From NCBI GenBank assembly GCA_035553475.1, contig DATNDQ010000015.1, positions 10,118-74,117 on the forward strand: a DNA stretch of 64,000 nucleotides, read 5' to 3'. Numbering within the stretch: the first letter of the stretch is position 1; each line of letters begins with the position of its first letter. The notes beneath the pieces are model-generated. The model had not been told where the DNA came from, ran no database searches, and saw nothing but the letters and a program-made list of their open reading frames with translations. This DNA comes from Gemmatimonadales bacterium (GTDB taxonomy: Bacteria > Gemmatimonadota > Gemmatimonadetes > Gemmatimonadales > GWC2-71-9). This document shows positions 35,538 through 46,211 of the stretch, piece after piece. Made by a program: the position numbers and the translations under genes.

Positions 35538-36649
35538 CCCAGGAGCTCCGCCGCGAGGTCGGCCACCCGCTCGGCGGCGCCAGGAGGGCCCAGCCGTTCA
35601 CGCACCAGGGCCAGTCCTTCGCGCTGTGCGCGAGCAGGCTGTCCGTCGCGATCCAGGAGCGGCATGACGGCTCGCGCGAGGGCACGCGGGCTGGCTTGGC
35701 CCTGAAGGAGCTCGGGCGCCAGTCCCCGCTCGGCGACCAGGTTGACGAGTCCCACGTTCGGCACTCGCAGCAGGCGCCGGGCGATGAAGTAGGACAGTCC
35801 GTTCATCCGGTAGGCGATGGCCATCGGGAGATCGGCGAGTGCCGCTTCGAGCGTCGTCGTTCCCGACTTGCAGAGCCCGGCGTCGGCGGCGGCGAAGACC
35901 AGGCCGGGGTCACCGTAGGCGATCGGGATCTCGTGCGGGTCCGGATAGTCTGCGCGAGTGGTGCCCGCGACCACCAGCTGGACGTCCGGCATCGCCGTCC
36001 GCACGTGCAGAGCGGCGTCGCGAAAACGGGTCCACATGTGCGCGACTTCCTGCCGCCTGCTGCCGGGAAAAATGCCGAGGACTGGTCGCCGGGCATCGAG
36101 CTTGAGGACGCGGCGAGCTTCGTCGCGGGTGGGAAGCGGAGGCCGGTCCTTGAGGGGGTGACCGACGAAGGTCGTCGGGACCCCTCGCTCCCGGAAGAAG
36201 CGCTCCTCGAACGGGAGGATGACCGCCAGTTGGCGCACGTTCCCCCGCATCCGTTTGATGCGGCCGGGGGCCCAGGCCCAGAGCTGCGGAGCGATATAGT
36301 AGAGTACCGGCACTTTGAGTGCGGTGACCTGAGGGGCGAAGCGCAGGTGGTATCCCGGGTAATCCACCAGCATCACCGCCCGATAGCGCCCGGCGGCGAG
36401 GCTCTCCCGGGTCCGGGCAGCCAGACGGCGGTGCGCTGGAATGGTGCTCAGCGCTTCGACGAATCCCACCACCGACATCGCTTCCATGCGGTCCAGCACC
36501 TTGGCCCCCGCCCCCTCGAGGGCGGGCCCGCCGAACGCTTCCACCTCCAGCCCCGGGAGCCGCCGGCGGAGGGCGGCGACGACGGGGGCGGCGTGCGCAT
36601 CCCCCGACGGTTCGCCCGCCGAGACATAAAAGCGGGGAGACGCGGTCAC
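35534..36649 (-). CDS. lpxB: Lipid-A-disaccharide synthase
   Basis: 3' part of ORF 35534..36871, with GTG 36649 overlapping the upstream TGA. The N-terminus reads FYVSAGEPSGDAHAA, and YYIAPQLWAW and SGTTTLEAAL are also present. Confidence 0.9.
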   Translation of the reverse strand: MTASPRFYVSAGEPSGDAHAAPVVAALRRRLPGLEVEAFGGPALEGAGAKVLDRMEAMSVVGFVEALSTIPAHRRLAARTRESLAAGRYRAVMLVDYPGYHLRFAPQVTALKVPVLYYIAPQLWAWAPGRIKRMRGNVRQLAVILPFEERFFRERGVPTTFVGHPLKDRPPLPTRDEARRVLKLDARRPVLGIFPGSRRQEVAHMWTRFRDAALHVRTAMPDVQLVVAGTTRADYPDPHEIPIAYGDPGLVFAAADAGLCKSGTTTLEAALADLPMAIAYRMNGLSYFIARRLLRVPNVGLVNLVAERGLAPELLQGQASPRALARAVMPLLDRDGQPARAQREGLALVRERLGPPGAAERVADLAAELLG

Positions 36650-37623
36650 GTCCGAAGGGTGGCGAGCGGAGATGCCTGAATGGCGTCGACGACGCGGGTA
36701 GCGAGGACCAGGGCCTCGGCGCCGGCCTCGCCGGACACCGCGACCTCCCCTTCCCCCCGAACGGCGCGCACGAAGCTCTCGAGCTCGAGCTTCAGAGGCT
36801 CCGCTTCGGGTGCGTCCAGCTTCGTGTGCTCGACGATGTCCTCGATCCGCGTCGCTCCCAGGCCCTTCCACCCACTCTTGAGACGGAAGAAATGCCCGGT
36901 GCCTTGCGCCAGGTCGAGCGAAAAATATCCGGTCGGCTGGAAGATCCGGAGCTTCCGGGTGCGCTCCCGCGAGATGCGGGAGGCAGTGACGATCGCGACG
37001 GCCCCGTTCGAGAATTCGACGCGGGCGTTCGCGATGTCGACGTGCGGGGTCAGCAGAGGCGCACCCGTGGCCCGGACGTCCGTGACGTTCTTCCCCACCA
37101 GCTCGAGGATGAGATCCAGGTCGTGGATCATGAGGTCGAGCACCACCGCCACGTCCGATCCGCGGGGCGTGAAGGGCGCGAGCCGGTCACACTGGAAGAA
37201 CCTGGGGTCCTCGAGATACGGCATGGCGGCCCGCACGGCCCGGTTGAACCGCTCGACGTGTCCCACCTGAAGTTTTGCCCCGTGCTTCTTCGCCGCGGCT
37301 ACCAGTTGCTCGGCGCCCGAGACCGAATCCGCGAGCGGCTTTTCGATGAGGCAGGAGATGCCGCGGGACAGCGCGGCGAGCCCGACCTCGGTGTGCGCGG
37401 GCGTCGACACCACCACGCTCACCGCATCCACCTTGTCGAGCAAGGCGTCGAGACTGGCGTGGGGCACGGCCCCCAGCTCCTTGGCGACGTGGGCCAGGCG
37501 CTCGGGATTCCGGTCGTAGATGCCGGCGAGCTCGGCGCCCTCGATGTGCCGGAGAAGGCGGGCGTGGTGGTAACCGAGGGCGCCGGTGCCGATCACGCCG
37601 ATCCGCACCCGCGGCGCGGTCAC
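36646..37623 (-). CDS. Gfo/Idh/MocA family NAD(P)-dependent oxidoreductase (GnnA-like position between lpxA and lpxB)
   Basis: 3' part of ORF 36646..38253, with GTG 37623 overlapping the lpxA TGA. It has the Rossmann motif RIGVIGTGALGYHHA and the family EKP motif (CLIEKPLA). Confidence 0.8.
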   Translation of the reverse strand: MTAPRVRIGVIGTGALGYHHARLLRHIEGAELAGIYDRNPERLAHVAKELGAVPHASLDALLDKVDAVSVVVSTPAHTEVGLAALSRGISCLIEKPLADSVSGAEQLVAAAKKHGAKLQVGHVERFNRAVRAAMPYLEDPRFFQCDRLAPFTPRGSDVAVVLDLMIHDLDLILELVGKNVTDVRATGAPLLTPHVDIANARVEFSNGAVAIVTASRISRERTRKLRIFQPTGYFSLDLAQGTGHFFRLKSGWKGLGATRIEDIVEHTKLDAPEAEPLKLELESFVRAVRGEGEVAVSGEAGAEALVLATRVVDAIQASPLATLRT

Positions 37624-38387
37624 ACCAACACCCCTCGCTGCGAGGTCTCGATGAATGTGAGGAAGGTCTCGACTTCGGGAAGCGCGGGGAGCTCCGCGCG
37701 CGCGCGCGCGATGCCCTGTGTGATGTTGAAGTCCGAATTGAAGAGCAGCCGGTACGCGCGCTTGAGGGCGAGCTTCACCTCGGCCGAGAATCCGGCGCGT
37801 TGCAGACCGACGGAGTTGAGACCGTACAGCTGGAGCGGGTTCCCCACCGCCTTCACGTACGGCGGCACATCCTGATTCACGCGCGACCCCCCACCGACGA
37901 AGGCGAAGGTCCCGATCCGGCAAAACTGATGGATGGGCGTGAGCCCCGATATGTTCGCGCGGTCGCCGATGGTGACGTGTCCCGCCATCTGCACGCCATT
38001 CGCGATGATGACGTCGCTGCCGAGGTGGCAGTCGTGAGCGATGTGCACGTAGGTCATCAGGAAGCAGCGCGCCCCGATGGTCGTCTTCCCGGTGGCGGTG
38101 CTGCCGCGATTCACCGTGGAGTACTCGCGCAGGACCGTCTGATCCCCGATCTCCACCCAGGTCTCTTCGTTCTTGTACTTGAGGTCCTGGGGTGGTCCGC
38201 CGACCACGGTGCCGACGCCGATCTGTACGCCCGCACCGATGCGTGCATTGCACTCGACGACGGCGTGCGCGGCGATCTTCGATCCGTCCCCGATGGTCAC
38301 CTGGGGACCGATGACGGCGTACGGCCCGACCTCGACCTCGCGGCCGAGCTCGGCCTTCACGTCGACCAGCGCGGTGGGATGAATCAT
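37620..38387 (-). CDS. lpxA: Acyl-ACP--UDP-N-acetylglucosamine O-acyltransferase
   Basis: ORF 37620..38387. The N-terminus is MIHPTALVD, with hexapeptide repeats throughout and the C-terminal helical domain GLNSVGLQRAGFS. Confidence 0.95.
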   Translation of the reverse strand: MIHPTALVDVKAELGREVEVGPYAVIGPQVTIGDGSKIAAHAVVECNARIGAGVQIGVGTVVGGPPQDLKYKNEETWVEIGDQTVLREYSTVNRGSTATGKTTIGARCFLMTYVHIAHDCHLGSDVIIANGVQMAGHVTIGDRANISGLTPIHQFCRIGTFAFVGGGSRVNQDVPPYVKAVGNPLQLYGLNSVGLQRAGFSAEVKLALKRAYRLLFNSDFNITQGIARARAELPALPEVETFLTFIETSQRGVLV

Positions 38388-39703
38388 TTGTCGGTCACGA
38401 TGGCCATCATTTCAGCCTCCGCCACGACCTGACCGTCGACGTACCCGACGCCCTTCATCTTGCAGGTGCGGCCCCGGAACTGGATCATCTCCAGCTCGAA
38501 GCGGATCTGATCGCCGGGCAGGACGGGGCGCCGGAATTTCACGTTATCGAGCGACATGAAGTAGACCACCTTGTCCTCGACGTTCTGCCCTTCGAAGTGC
38601 CCCATCAGGAGCATCCCGCCCACCTGCGCCATCGCCTCGATGATGAGGACGCCCGGCATGATCGGGTGGCCCGGGAAGTGTCCCTGGAAGAACGGTTCAT
38701 TGATCGTGACGTTCTTGATGCCCACGATCCGCCGGTCCCCCTCCACCTCGATGATGCGGTCGACCAGGAGGAATGGATAGCGGTGCGGGAGAATGTCGAG
38801 GATCCGCCCGATGTCGTAGCGGGCATCCCCGGTGCGCTTGGCGGTACGGGAGAGCGCCCGCGCCAGCGCCACGTTGCCCACGTGGGAAGGCCGGGTGGCG
38901 ACGATGTGCGCCCTGACCCGGGCACCCGTCAACGCCAGGTCGCCGACGATGTCCGCCGCCTTATGCCGCACGAATTCGTCGGGCCAGCGGAGCGGCCCCC
39001 CCTGCACCACCGTCTTGTCGTCCAGCACGATGGCATTGTCCTTGTTCACGCCCTTGATCAGTCCCTTGGCCCGCAGGGCGTCCACTTCACTGGCGAAGCC
39101 GAAGGTGCGCGCGTTGGCGAGCTCCTTCGCGAAGGCGTCAGGTGTGATCTCGTACGTACCGGCCTGCCGCCCGATCATCGGGTGCGCGAACTCCACCGTG
39201 GCGGTGAGGCGGTAGCTCTTCGCCGGGGCCACCACGTAGCTCGCGTCCCCCTCGGTGACCGTGAAGGGCGCCTGAACGGTCAGGAAGACCGGCTCACCGT
39301 CGTGGTCCACCGTCCCCGCTTCAGTGAGCGCCTTGAAGTAGGGTCCGACGCTGCCGTCGAGTGCCGGCGGCTCCGGCCCCGACAGCTCGATGATGCAGTC
39401 GTCCACTTCGAGCGCGCCGAGTGCCGACAGGAGGTGTTCGACGGTATGGATGGTCGCGTCACCGTGGCCGATCGCGGTCCGCCGCTCCAGCGCCTCGACT
39501 TCGGTGAGGCGGGCGGGCACGAGCGGCTTGTCGGCGAGGTCGGTGCGGCGAAAGGCGATGCCCTGTCCCGACGTGGCCGGGAGCAGGTGCGCCTCCGTGT
39601 GGGCACCGGTGTGCAACCCGACGCCCGAGAGCGTGACGGGCTGCTTCAGCGTACGTCTAGCGATCGGAATCCCCTTCCGGGCGCGCGAGCGCCTCGAGTT
39701 CAT
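38384..39703 (-). CDS. lpxC: Bifunctional UDP-3-O-acyl-GlcNAc deacetylase / 3-hydroxyacyl-ACP dehydratase (LpxC-FabZ fusion)
   Basis: ORF 38384..39703. The N-terminal LpxC part contains [26 protein letters not shown] and NHRVAGH-like HxxxD regions. The C-terminal FabZ hot-dog part contains [13 protein letters not shown]...[16 protein letters not shown]. Confidence 0.9.
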   Translation of the reverse strand: MNSRRSRARKGIPIARRTLKQPVTLSGVGLHTGAHTEAHLLPATSGQGIAFRRTDLADKPLVPARLTEVEALERRTAIGHGDATIHTVEHLLSALGALEVDDCIIELSGPEPPALDGSVGPYFKALTEAGTVDHDGEPVFLTVQAPFTVTEGDASYVVAPAKSYRLTATVEFAHPMIGRQAGTYEITPDAFAKELANARTFGFASEVDALRAKGLIKGVNKDNAIVLDDKTVVQGGPLRWPDEFVRHKAADIVGDLALTGARVRAHIVATRPSHVGNVALARALSRTAKRTGDARYDIGRILDILPHRYPFLLVDRIIEVEGDRRIVGIKNVTINEPFFQGHFPGHPIMPGVLIIEAMAQVGGMLLMGHFEGQNVEDKVVYFMSLDNVKFRRPVLPGDQIRFELEMIQFRGRTCKMKGVGYVDGQVVAEAEMMAIVTDK

Positions 39704-40709
39704 TGACCAGCGGGGCCAGACGGTACAGCGCCGCCTGGGCCCGCAGGAAGTCGCGATGGTTGCGGGCCGGATAGCCCGTGACGGTCGCGCCGTCCTCGAT
39801 GTCGCCGATCACGCCGCTCTGGACCGTGATGCGGACCCGGGACCCCACGTTGATGTGGTCCGCGAGTCCCACCTGGCCGGCGAGGAACACGTCGTCTCCC
39901 ACGCGCGTGGAGCCGGCGATGCCGACCATCGCCGCGATGAGGCAACGCTCCCCGATTTGCACGTTGTGGGCGACCATGACGAGGTTGTCGATCTTGGTGC
40001 CCCGTCCGACGGTGGTGTCGTCCACGCTCCCGCGGTCCACCGTCGTGTTGGCACCGATCTCCACGTCGTCTCCGATGACACAGCGGCCCACCTGCGGAAT
40101 TTTCCGCGGCAGCGCGCCGCTCTTGCCGGGCAGATACCCGAACCCGTCGGCACCGAGACGCGTGCCGGAGTGGATCATGACGCGGTCCCCGATGACGGTC
40201 CCCGTGTAGCAGGTGACCTGAGGATAGAGGTGCACGTCGTTCCCCACGATCACGCCGTCCCCCAGCACGCACCCTGCGTCAATCCGGACGTTCTTTCCCA
40301 GCCGCACGTTCTCGCCGAGGACCACATGGGGTCCGATGGCGACGGGGTCGGTCCAGGTGGAGCCGCGGCCGATCACGGCGGTGGCGTCCACGCCCGGCAC
40401 CCACGCCGGTTCGGGATAGAGGATCGGGAGCACGTCGAGGAGGGCGGCGTGCGGGTCCGCGACCACGATCCGGGTGGGTGGCCCCTGCGGGAGATCGGCG
40501 AATTCGGGGCGACACAGCACCACGGCAGCCTGAGCGCGCTCAAAGTAGGGGAGGTAGGAACGGCTGGCAAGAAATGCCAAGTCGCCCGCGCCGGCCCGTT
40601 CGAGCGGGGCGACGCGGGCGACCGTGACGTGTCCCGGACCCACGAGCCGCCCCCCCGTGAGGGCGGCGACGTCCTGCGCGGAGAGCGGCCGGCGGCCTTC
40701 CGCGGGCAC
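39657..40709 (-). CDS. lpxD: UDP-3-O-acylglucosamine N-acyltransferase
   Basis: ORF 39657..40820 trimmed to GTG 40709, after the skp stop at 40717. The N-terminal domain ([16 protein letters not shown]) is followed by long hexapeptide repeats. Confidence 0.9.
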   Translation of the reverse strand: MPAEGRRPLSAQDVAALTGGRLVGPGHVTVARVAPLERAGAGDLAFLASRSYLPYFERAQAAVVLCRPEFADLPQGPPTRIVVADPHAALLDVLPILYPEPAWVPGVDATAVIGRGSTWTDPVAIGPHVVLGENVRLGKNVRIDAGCVLGDGVIVGNDVHLYPQVTCYTGTVIGDRVMIHSGTRLGADGFGYLPGKSGALPRKIPQVGRCVIGDDVEIGANTTVDRGSVDDTTVGRGTKIDNLVMVAHNVQIGERCLIAAMVGIAGSTRVGDDVFLAGQVGLADHINVGSRVRITVQSGVIGDIEDGATVTGYPARNHRDFLRAQAALYRLAPLVNELEALARPEGDSDR

Positions 40710-40716
40710 GGACGCG

Positions 40717-41280
40717 CTAGTTCGACTGAGTCGGCAGCTGTTTAATGCGCGCGACGACCGTACGGGTGATGTCCAGCGCGGGGTCCGCTGCCAGGAGCCC
40801 CGACGCGCTGGGGTCACCATTGAACACCATCGAGTAGCCGCCCTCGAGCCGCACCGCCTCGATGATGGTCCGGATCTTCTGCTGAATGGGCGCCATCAGC
40901 TCCTGCTGCCGCTGCTGGGCCTTCTGGTTCAGCTCCTGGGTCCGGGCATCGAAGCGCTGCTGCATGTTTTGCAGATCCTTCTGTTTCGCCTGCTTCGCGG
41001 CCGGCGAGAGCGCGATCGACTGCTGGTCCAGCGCCTGGACCGCCGAATCCATCTGCTGCTGCATCTTCTGGACTTCGTCCCGGTATCCCTGCACCTCGCG
41101 GGCCAGCGTCGACTCGGCCGTCACGTACCCAGGGGTCGAATCGAGAATCTGCTGGGGAATGACGTAGGCGATCTTGGGCCCCGTGACCGTCTTGGGCGCG
41201 GGGGTCTGCGCGTGGGCCGCTTGCGCAGAAAGAGTTCGGGTGGCGGCCAACGCCAGACAGACCACCAGGACACGCTTCAT
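40717..41280 (-). CDS. skp: OmpH/Skp family periplasmic chaperone
   Basis: ORF 40717..41304, with ATG 41280 giving the signal peptide [21 protein letters not shown]. It has a Gln/Lys-rich coiled-coil body and sits between bamA and lpxD. Confidence 0.8.
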   Translation of the reverse strand: MKRVLVVCLALAATRTLSAQAAHAQTPAPKTVTGPKIAYVIPQQILDSTPGYVTAESTLAREVQGYRDEVQKMQQQMDSAVQALDQQSIALSPAAKQAKQKDLQNMQQRFDARTQELNQKAQQRQQELMAPIQQKIRTIIEAVRLEGGYSMVFNGDPSASGLLAADPALDITRTVVARIKQLPTQSN

Positions 41281-41315
41281 GACTGACTCCGGAGATGGGG
41301 ACATAAAATAGTTGC

Positions 41316-43721
41316 TTAGAAGAAGTTGCCGAGTTTGAAGTGGAGTTTCCAGCCGGGCGCCGGTTGCCCCGCCAGGTTCGTCTTGTCGAAGCCGTACCCG
41401 AGATCGAGGCCGATGGGACCGAGCGGCGACACCACCGCCACCCCCACGCCGGCGCCCCGGAACAGCCGGGTCGGATCATATTGCGCGGGCCGTGCCCAGA
41501 CGTTGCCGGCGTCGAAGAACGTGCTGACATAGAACGCCTGCGAGAGCCGGAGCCCGATTTCCGCGTTCATCAGGAAGAACGCATTGCCGAACGCGTTGGC
41601 ACTCGCCTGCCCGCCCGCCGCGTTGGGATCGTAGCCCTTCGGCGTGACGGAGAACTCGTCGTAGCCCCGCAGCGGGATGCCGAACTGCGTGCCGCCCATC
41701 GTGAACAGCTGATCGAAGAACGGGGACTTCCCGAAGACGAATCCCGAGCGGGTCGAGAGCCCCAGCACGAACTTCGGCGGGTTGGCCCCCGCGCCCTTCC
41801 CGCCGAGGGTGCCCAGGGGTGCATACCAGTGCGACTCGATGTCCACGCGCTGGAAATTGCCGGTGCCGCCCAGGACGCCGCCGCTCTGCGACACGCCGAT
41901 CGACGTCATGGTGCCCGCCGTCGGGAACGGGAGGTCGATGCGGGTGTCACGCAGAATGGATGTCCCGATGGTCGACCGGAGGCAGTTGCTGCAGCCGAAG
42001 GTCGTTCCGAACGCCGGGTTCAATGCCGAGCCGATGAAGCTCTGGTCGTCGAGGCTGTAGGACAGGAAGAGCCGGACGTGCTTGCGGGCGTCGAAGAGCG
42101 GGAAGCCGAACTGCAGCGATCCGCCGCGGCGCCGGAGCTGGCCCAGGTCCGCGATGGTGTAGCGGTACCGGGAATCGTGCAGGTCGAGGGTTCCCGAAAT
42201 CCGCGACAGCATGATCGCGGGATCGGTATACGAGATGTCGAAGTCGGTGATGTTCTGGCCGAACTGCCACTGGAAGTGCCCGCGCTTCCCCCGCCCGAAG
42301 AGATTCGGCTCATCCAGGCCGATGAAGCCGCCGAGTCCGGTTCCCTGCCCCACGGACGCGCCGAAGTTCACGTTCCCGGTGCGCTTCTCCTCGACCCGGA
42401 AGATGACGTCCACGTCACCCTGATCGTTGGCGGGCCGGGTGTCCGGGATGGGAAGCGGCTGCTGAAAGAAGCCAAGGTTCGAAATGTTCTGATAGGACGC
42501 CAGCAGGGCGTTCTGCCGGAACACGTCGCCCGGAATCATTTCGATCGCGTCGCGGATCACCGACTCGTGCGTGACGTCATTGCCCACGATGTCGATCTTG
42601 TTCACGATGGCCGGTTGGTGCTCCTGGATGAACCAGCGGAGGTCCACCACCGGGGTCCCGTCCCGCTCGACCCGGCGCACGACGTCATTCTGGATCTGCA
42701 CGTAGAGATAGCCGTCGTCGCGGTAGGCCGTGAAGACCTTGTTGGTCGCGTCGTCCCACTTCGACTGATTGAAGTAGGAAGCGCCACGCTCCGTGCCGCC
42801 CAGTCCCAGGAGTCCGGTCCGGCGGCTGCTCGAGAACGGGTACAGGCCCTGGATCTCGTCCGTGGTGAAGTGCCGGTTCCCGGCGATCTCAAAGGTCCCG
42901 ATCTTGTACGGCTGGCCCTCGCTGAGGCGGACCACCAAGGTGGCTTTCCCCGTGGTGTCGTCGACGATGAGGGTGTCTCCGAGCACCTGGAAGTCCACGT
43001 ACCCGCGGGCCCCGTAGAAATCCGGGAGCTTCTGGGTCAGGTCCTTCTGCAGCTTGTCTTCGTCGTACTCGCCGTTGCGCCAGAAGAAAAAGCCCTCGGG
43101 CTTCGAGCTCATCTGATCGATGAGGGCCTGCGCGGTGAATGCGTGGTTCCCCTCGAAGTTCACGCGCGCGATGGCGACGCGGCGCCCTTCGTCGATTTCG
43201 AACACCACGCGGACCCGCGAGGAGTCCGCCTCGTAGATCCATTTTGGGTTGACGGACGCGAGGTAATAGCCGTCGCCCCGGTAGAGTGAATCGATGCGGG
43301 CGGCGGACCGCGCGACGGCGGCGGGGTCGAGGGGCCGGCCCTCGAACAGGGTCACCCGTTCGCGGACCGTGCGGTCGGAAATCTTCTCCGTCCCCTTGAC
43401 CGTCCACTTGATGAGGATTGGCCGCTCTTTGACGGTCACCAGCAGAATGGAGCGGCCGGCGGAGGTGTCGGCGGCGACGCGGACATCCTGGAACTGTCCG
43501 GACGCGTAGAGCGCCTCGAGGGCGTGCTGGACGTCGCGGTAGCCGGTGACTCGTCCGACGGCGAAGCCGGACGTGGAGAGGACCGTTTGGCGGGTGACCC
43601 GTTTGATCCCGAGGACCGAGATGGAGTCGGGAATGATCTGCGCCGCCTGCTGCCCCCGCGCGATCTGGGGGAGCAGGCAGAGGAGACCGCAGACGGCGCC
43701 GAGGGAGACCCGGCGGATCAC
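41316..43721 (-). CDS. bamA: Outer membrane protein assembly factor BamA
   Basis: ORF 41316..43721 with a GTG start overlapping the clpC stop. A signal peptide and POTRA repeats are followed by a C-terminal beta-barrel ending LHFKLGNFF. Confidence 0.9.
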   Translation of the reverse strand: MIRRVSLGAVCGLLCLLPQIARGQQAAQIIPDSISVLGIKRVTRQTVLSTSGFAVGRVTGYRDVQHALEALYASGQFQDVRVAADTSAGRSILLVTVKERPILIKWTVKGTEKISDRTVRERVTLFEGRPLDPAAVARSAARIDSLYRGDGYYLASVNPKWIYEADSSRVRVVFEIDEGRRVAIARVNFEGNHAFTAQALIDQMSSKPEGFFFWRNGEYDEDKLQKDLTQKLPDFYGARGYVDFQVLGDTLIVDDTTGKATLVVRLSEGQPYKIGTFEIAGNRHFTTDEIQGLYPFSSSRRTGLLGLGGTERGASYFNQSKWDDATNKVFTAYRDDGYLYVQIQNDVVRRVERDGTPVVDLRWFIQEHQPAIVNKIDIVGNDVTHESVIRDAIEMIPGDVFRQNALLASYQNISNLGFFQQPLPIPDTRPANDQGDVDVIFRVEEKRTGNVNFGASVGQGTGLGGFIGLDEPNLFGRGKRGHFQWQFGQNITDFDISYTDPAIMLSRISGTLDLHDSRYRYTIADLGQLRRRGGSLQFGFPLFDARKHVRLFLSYSLDDQSFIGSALNPAFGTTFGCSNCLRSTIGTSILRDTRIDLPFPTAGTMTSIGVSQSGGVLGGTGNFQRVDIESHWYAPLGTLGGKGAGANPPKFVLGLSTRSGFVFGKSPFFDQLFTMGGTQFGIPLRGYDEFSVTPKGYDPNAAGGQASANAFGNAFFLMNAEIGLRLSQAFYVSTFFDAGNVWARPAQYDPTRLFRGAGVGVAVVSPLGPIGLDLGYGFDKTNLAGQPAPGWKLHFKLGNFF

Positions 43722-46198
43722 GCCTTCGAGCCGGAGAGGGCGCGGAATGCGAGGCGCTCCTTGTCGGGCGCCACGTCGACTTCGATTTCGTCTCCCCGCG
43801 CGAACTCGCCGACCAGAATTTTCTCCGAGAGCGGATCTTCGACGAAGCGCTGAATGGCCCGCTTCAGGGGCCGGGCGCCGTAGTGCTCATCATACCCGTG
43901 ATCGACCAGGAAGTTGGAGGCAGCCTCGGTGAGGCGGAGCGTGAGTTCTTCGTCGCCAAGCCGGTTCTGAACGTCCTTCAGCAGGATCGTCACAATCTGG
44001 GCGATGTGCTGGCGGTTGAGCGGGTGGAACACGATGACGTCGTCGAGCCGGTTGAGGAATTCCGGATTGAAGACCTTGTTGATCTCTTCCTTCACCTTCT
44101 CGGCCATCCGGGCGAACGAGGCTTCGCCGTCGGGCTGCGCGAAGCCCATCGTCTTGCCCTTGACCATGTCCCGGGCGCCGACGTTCGAGGTCATGATCAC
44201 GACGGTGTTCTTGAAGTCGATCACCCGGCCGTAGTTGTCGGTCAGGTGGCCCTCATCCAGGACCTGGAGGAGGATGTTGAAGACGTCGGGGTGCGCCTTC
44301 TCGATTTCGTCGAGAAGTACCACTGCGTACGGCTTCCGGCGGACGGCCTTGGTCAGCGTGCCCGAGTCTTCATAGCCGACGTATCCCGGCGGCGCGCCGA
44401 TGAGGCGGCTCACCGAGAACTTCTCCATGTACTCGGACATGTCGACGCGGATCAGGGCGCTGGCGTCGGCGAACAGGAACTTGGCGAGGGCCCGGGCGAG
44501 CTCCGTCTTCCCCACCCCGGTGGGGCCGGAAAAGATGAAGGAGCCGATGGGCCGCTTGGGATCCTTGAGCCCGGCGCGCGACCGGCGGATGGCGCGGGCA
44601 ATGACCTCGATGGCCTCGTTCTGCCCGACCACGCTCGTGTGTACTTCGTCTTCCATCCGGAGCAGCCGGGCGGTCTCCGCCTCCTGGAGGCGGGTGACCG
44701 GAATGCCCGTCCACCGGGAGACGATGAAGGCGATGCCTTCTTCATCGATCGTAGGCCGGCGGGTCTGACGCTCCTTCTCCCATTCCTCCTGCTTGCGGCG
44801 GATCTCCATCTGGAGCTCGCGCTCCTGATCGCGGAGACTCGCGGCCCGCTCGAAGTTCTGGTCGCGGACGGCGCCTTCTTTCTCGGTGTTGATCTTCTCG
44901 AGACGCTCCTTGAGCGCCGCCGCTTCCGGGGGCGGCACCTGCGTCGCGAGCCGGGCGCGTGCGCCGGCTTCGTCGATCACGTCGATCGCCTTGTCCGGCA
45001 GGAACCGGTCGGTGATGTAGCGCTCCGAGAGCCGCGCCGCGGAGGCGAGGGTATCGTCGGGAATGATGACCCGGTGATGGTCCTCGTACCGCTTCCGCAG
45101 ACCCTTGAGGATCTCGATCGTCTCATCCACGGTCGGCGGATCGACGATCACGGTCTGGAAGCGGCGCTCCAGCGCTCCGTCCTTCTCGATGTACTTGCGA
45201 TACTCGTTCAGGGTCGACGCGCCGACGCACTGCAGCTCGCCCCGGGCCAGCGCGGGCTTCAGCATGTTCGAGGCGTCCACCGCCCCTTCGGCTGCTCCCG
45301 CCCCCACGAGCGTGTGCAGCTCGTCGATGAACAGAATGATGTTCTTGTTCTGTGCGATCTCGTTGATGACCGCCTTGAGGCGCTCTTCGAACTGGCCGCG
45401 GTACTTCGTTCCGGCGATGACGGCGGCCATGTCGAGGGACAGGACACGGTGATCCTTGAGCGCGTCCGGGCACTGGCCCCCCGCGATGAGCTGGGCCAGT
45501 CCTTCGACGATGGCGGTCTTGCCCACACCGGGCTCCCCGATGAGGACGGGGTTGTTCTTCTTGCGGCGCGACAGAATCTCCATCACCCGCTCGATTTCCT
45601 TCTGGCGGCCGATGGTCGGATCGAGCGCGCCCTCGTTGGCGAGCTGGGTGAGGTCCCGGCAGAAATGATCGAGGGCCGGGGTCTTCGACTTCTTTTCGCT
45701 CTTGGGACTGGCGGGCTGCCCGGCGGGCGGGCCCCCGGCCGGCGCCGCGGGCATTTCACTGCCCAGGAGCCGAAGGGTTTCGGCCTTGGCTTGCTCGAGG
45801 TTCACGCCCGCATCGGTGAGGACCTGCGCCGCAATGCCCTTCTCTTCGCGCAGGAGGCCGAGCAGGAGGTGTTCGGTGCCGACGTAGGAGTGATTGAGGT
45901 CGCGGGCTTCCGCCATCGCGAGCTCGAGCACCTTCTTGGCGCGCGACGTGTACGGCAGGTCGGGGCCGGCCGCCGCGGCGGCTTTCCCCTTCTTGACCGT
46001 CTCTTCGATTTTTTGCTGGATCTCGTCCAAATCCACGTTCAGGTTCGTCAACACCGCCGCCGCGACCCCTTCGCCCTCGCGAATGAGTCCCAGCAGGATG
46101 TGCTCGGTCCCGACGTACTCGTGGTGCAGACGCGCCGCTTCTTCCCGCGCCATCTGCAGGACCTTCCGCACCCGATCCGTGAAGTTGTAACCGTTCAT
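43718..46198 (-). CDS. clpC: ATP-dependent Clp protease ATP-binding subunit ClpC
   Basis: ORF 43718..46282 trimmed to ATG 46198 ([21 protein letters not shown]). It has Clp_N repeats, two AAA+ modules ([18 protein letters not shown]) and a UVR-type M-domain ([13 protein letters not shown]). Confidence 0.9.
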   Translation of the reverse strand: MNGYNFTDRVRKVLQMAREEAARLHHEYVGTEHILLGLIREGEGVAAAVLTNLNVDLDEIQQKIEETVKKGKAAAAAGPDLPYTSRAKKVLELAMAEARDLNHSYVGTEHLLLGLLREEKGIAAQVLTDAGVNLEQAKAETLRLLGSEMPAAPAGGPPAGQPASPKSEKKSKTPALDHFCRDLTQLANEGALDPTIGRQKEIERVMEILSRRKKNNPVLIGEPGVGKTAIVEGLAQLIAGGQCPDALKDHRVLSLDMAAVIAGTKYRGQFEERLKAVINEIAQNKNIILFIDELHTLVGAGAAEGAVDASNMLKPALARGELQCVGASTLNEYRKYIEKDGALERRFQTVIVDPPTVDETIEILKGLRKRYEDHHRVIIPDDTLASAARLSERYITDRFLPDKAIDVIDEAGARARLATQVPPPEAAALKERLEKINTEKEGAVRDQNFERAASLRDQERELQMEIRRKQEEWEKERQTRRPTIDEEGIAFIVSRWTGIPVTRLQEAETARLLRMEDEVHTSVVGQNEAIEVIARAIRRSRAGLKDPKRPIGSFIFSGPTGVGKTELARALAKFLFADASALIRVDMSEYMEKFSVSRLIGAPPGYVGYEDSGTLTKAVRRKPYAVVLLDEIEKAHPDVFNILLQVLDEGHLTDNYGRVIDFKNTVVIMTSNVGARDMVKGKTMGFAQPDGEASFARMAEKVKEEINKVFNPEFLNRLDDVIVFHPLNRQHIAQIVTILLKDVQNRLGDEELTLRLTEAASNFLVDHGYDEHYGARPLKRAIQRFVEDPLSEKILVGEFARGDEIEVDVAPDKERLAFRALSGSKA

Positions 46199-46211
46199 CG
46201 CCTCATCACCC

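Noticed and set aside
36646-38253. Long N-terminal extensions printed in the ORF track for several - strand genes: 36646..38253, 47776..48936, 15651..16706, 12180..13517, 35534..36871, 54371..56155, 11280..12167, 11558..12481 and 32169..32789.
   Set aside because: The extensions run through the upstream gene in another frame and are Arg/Pro/Gly-rich nonsense. Recognisable homology begins at an internal ATG or GTG that overlaps the upstream stop codon, so the genes were trimmed there.
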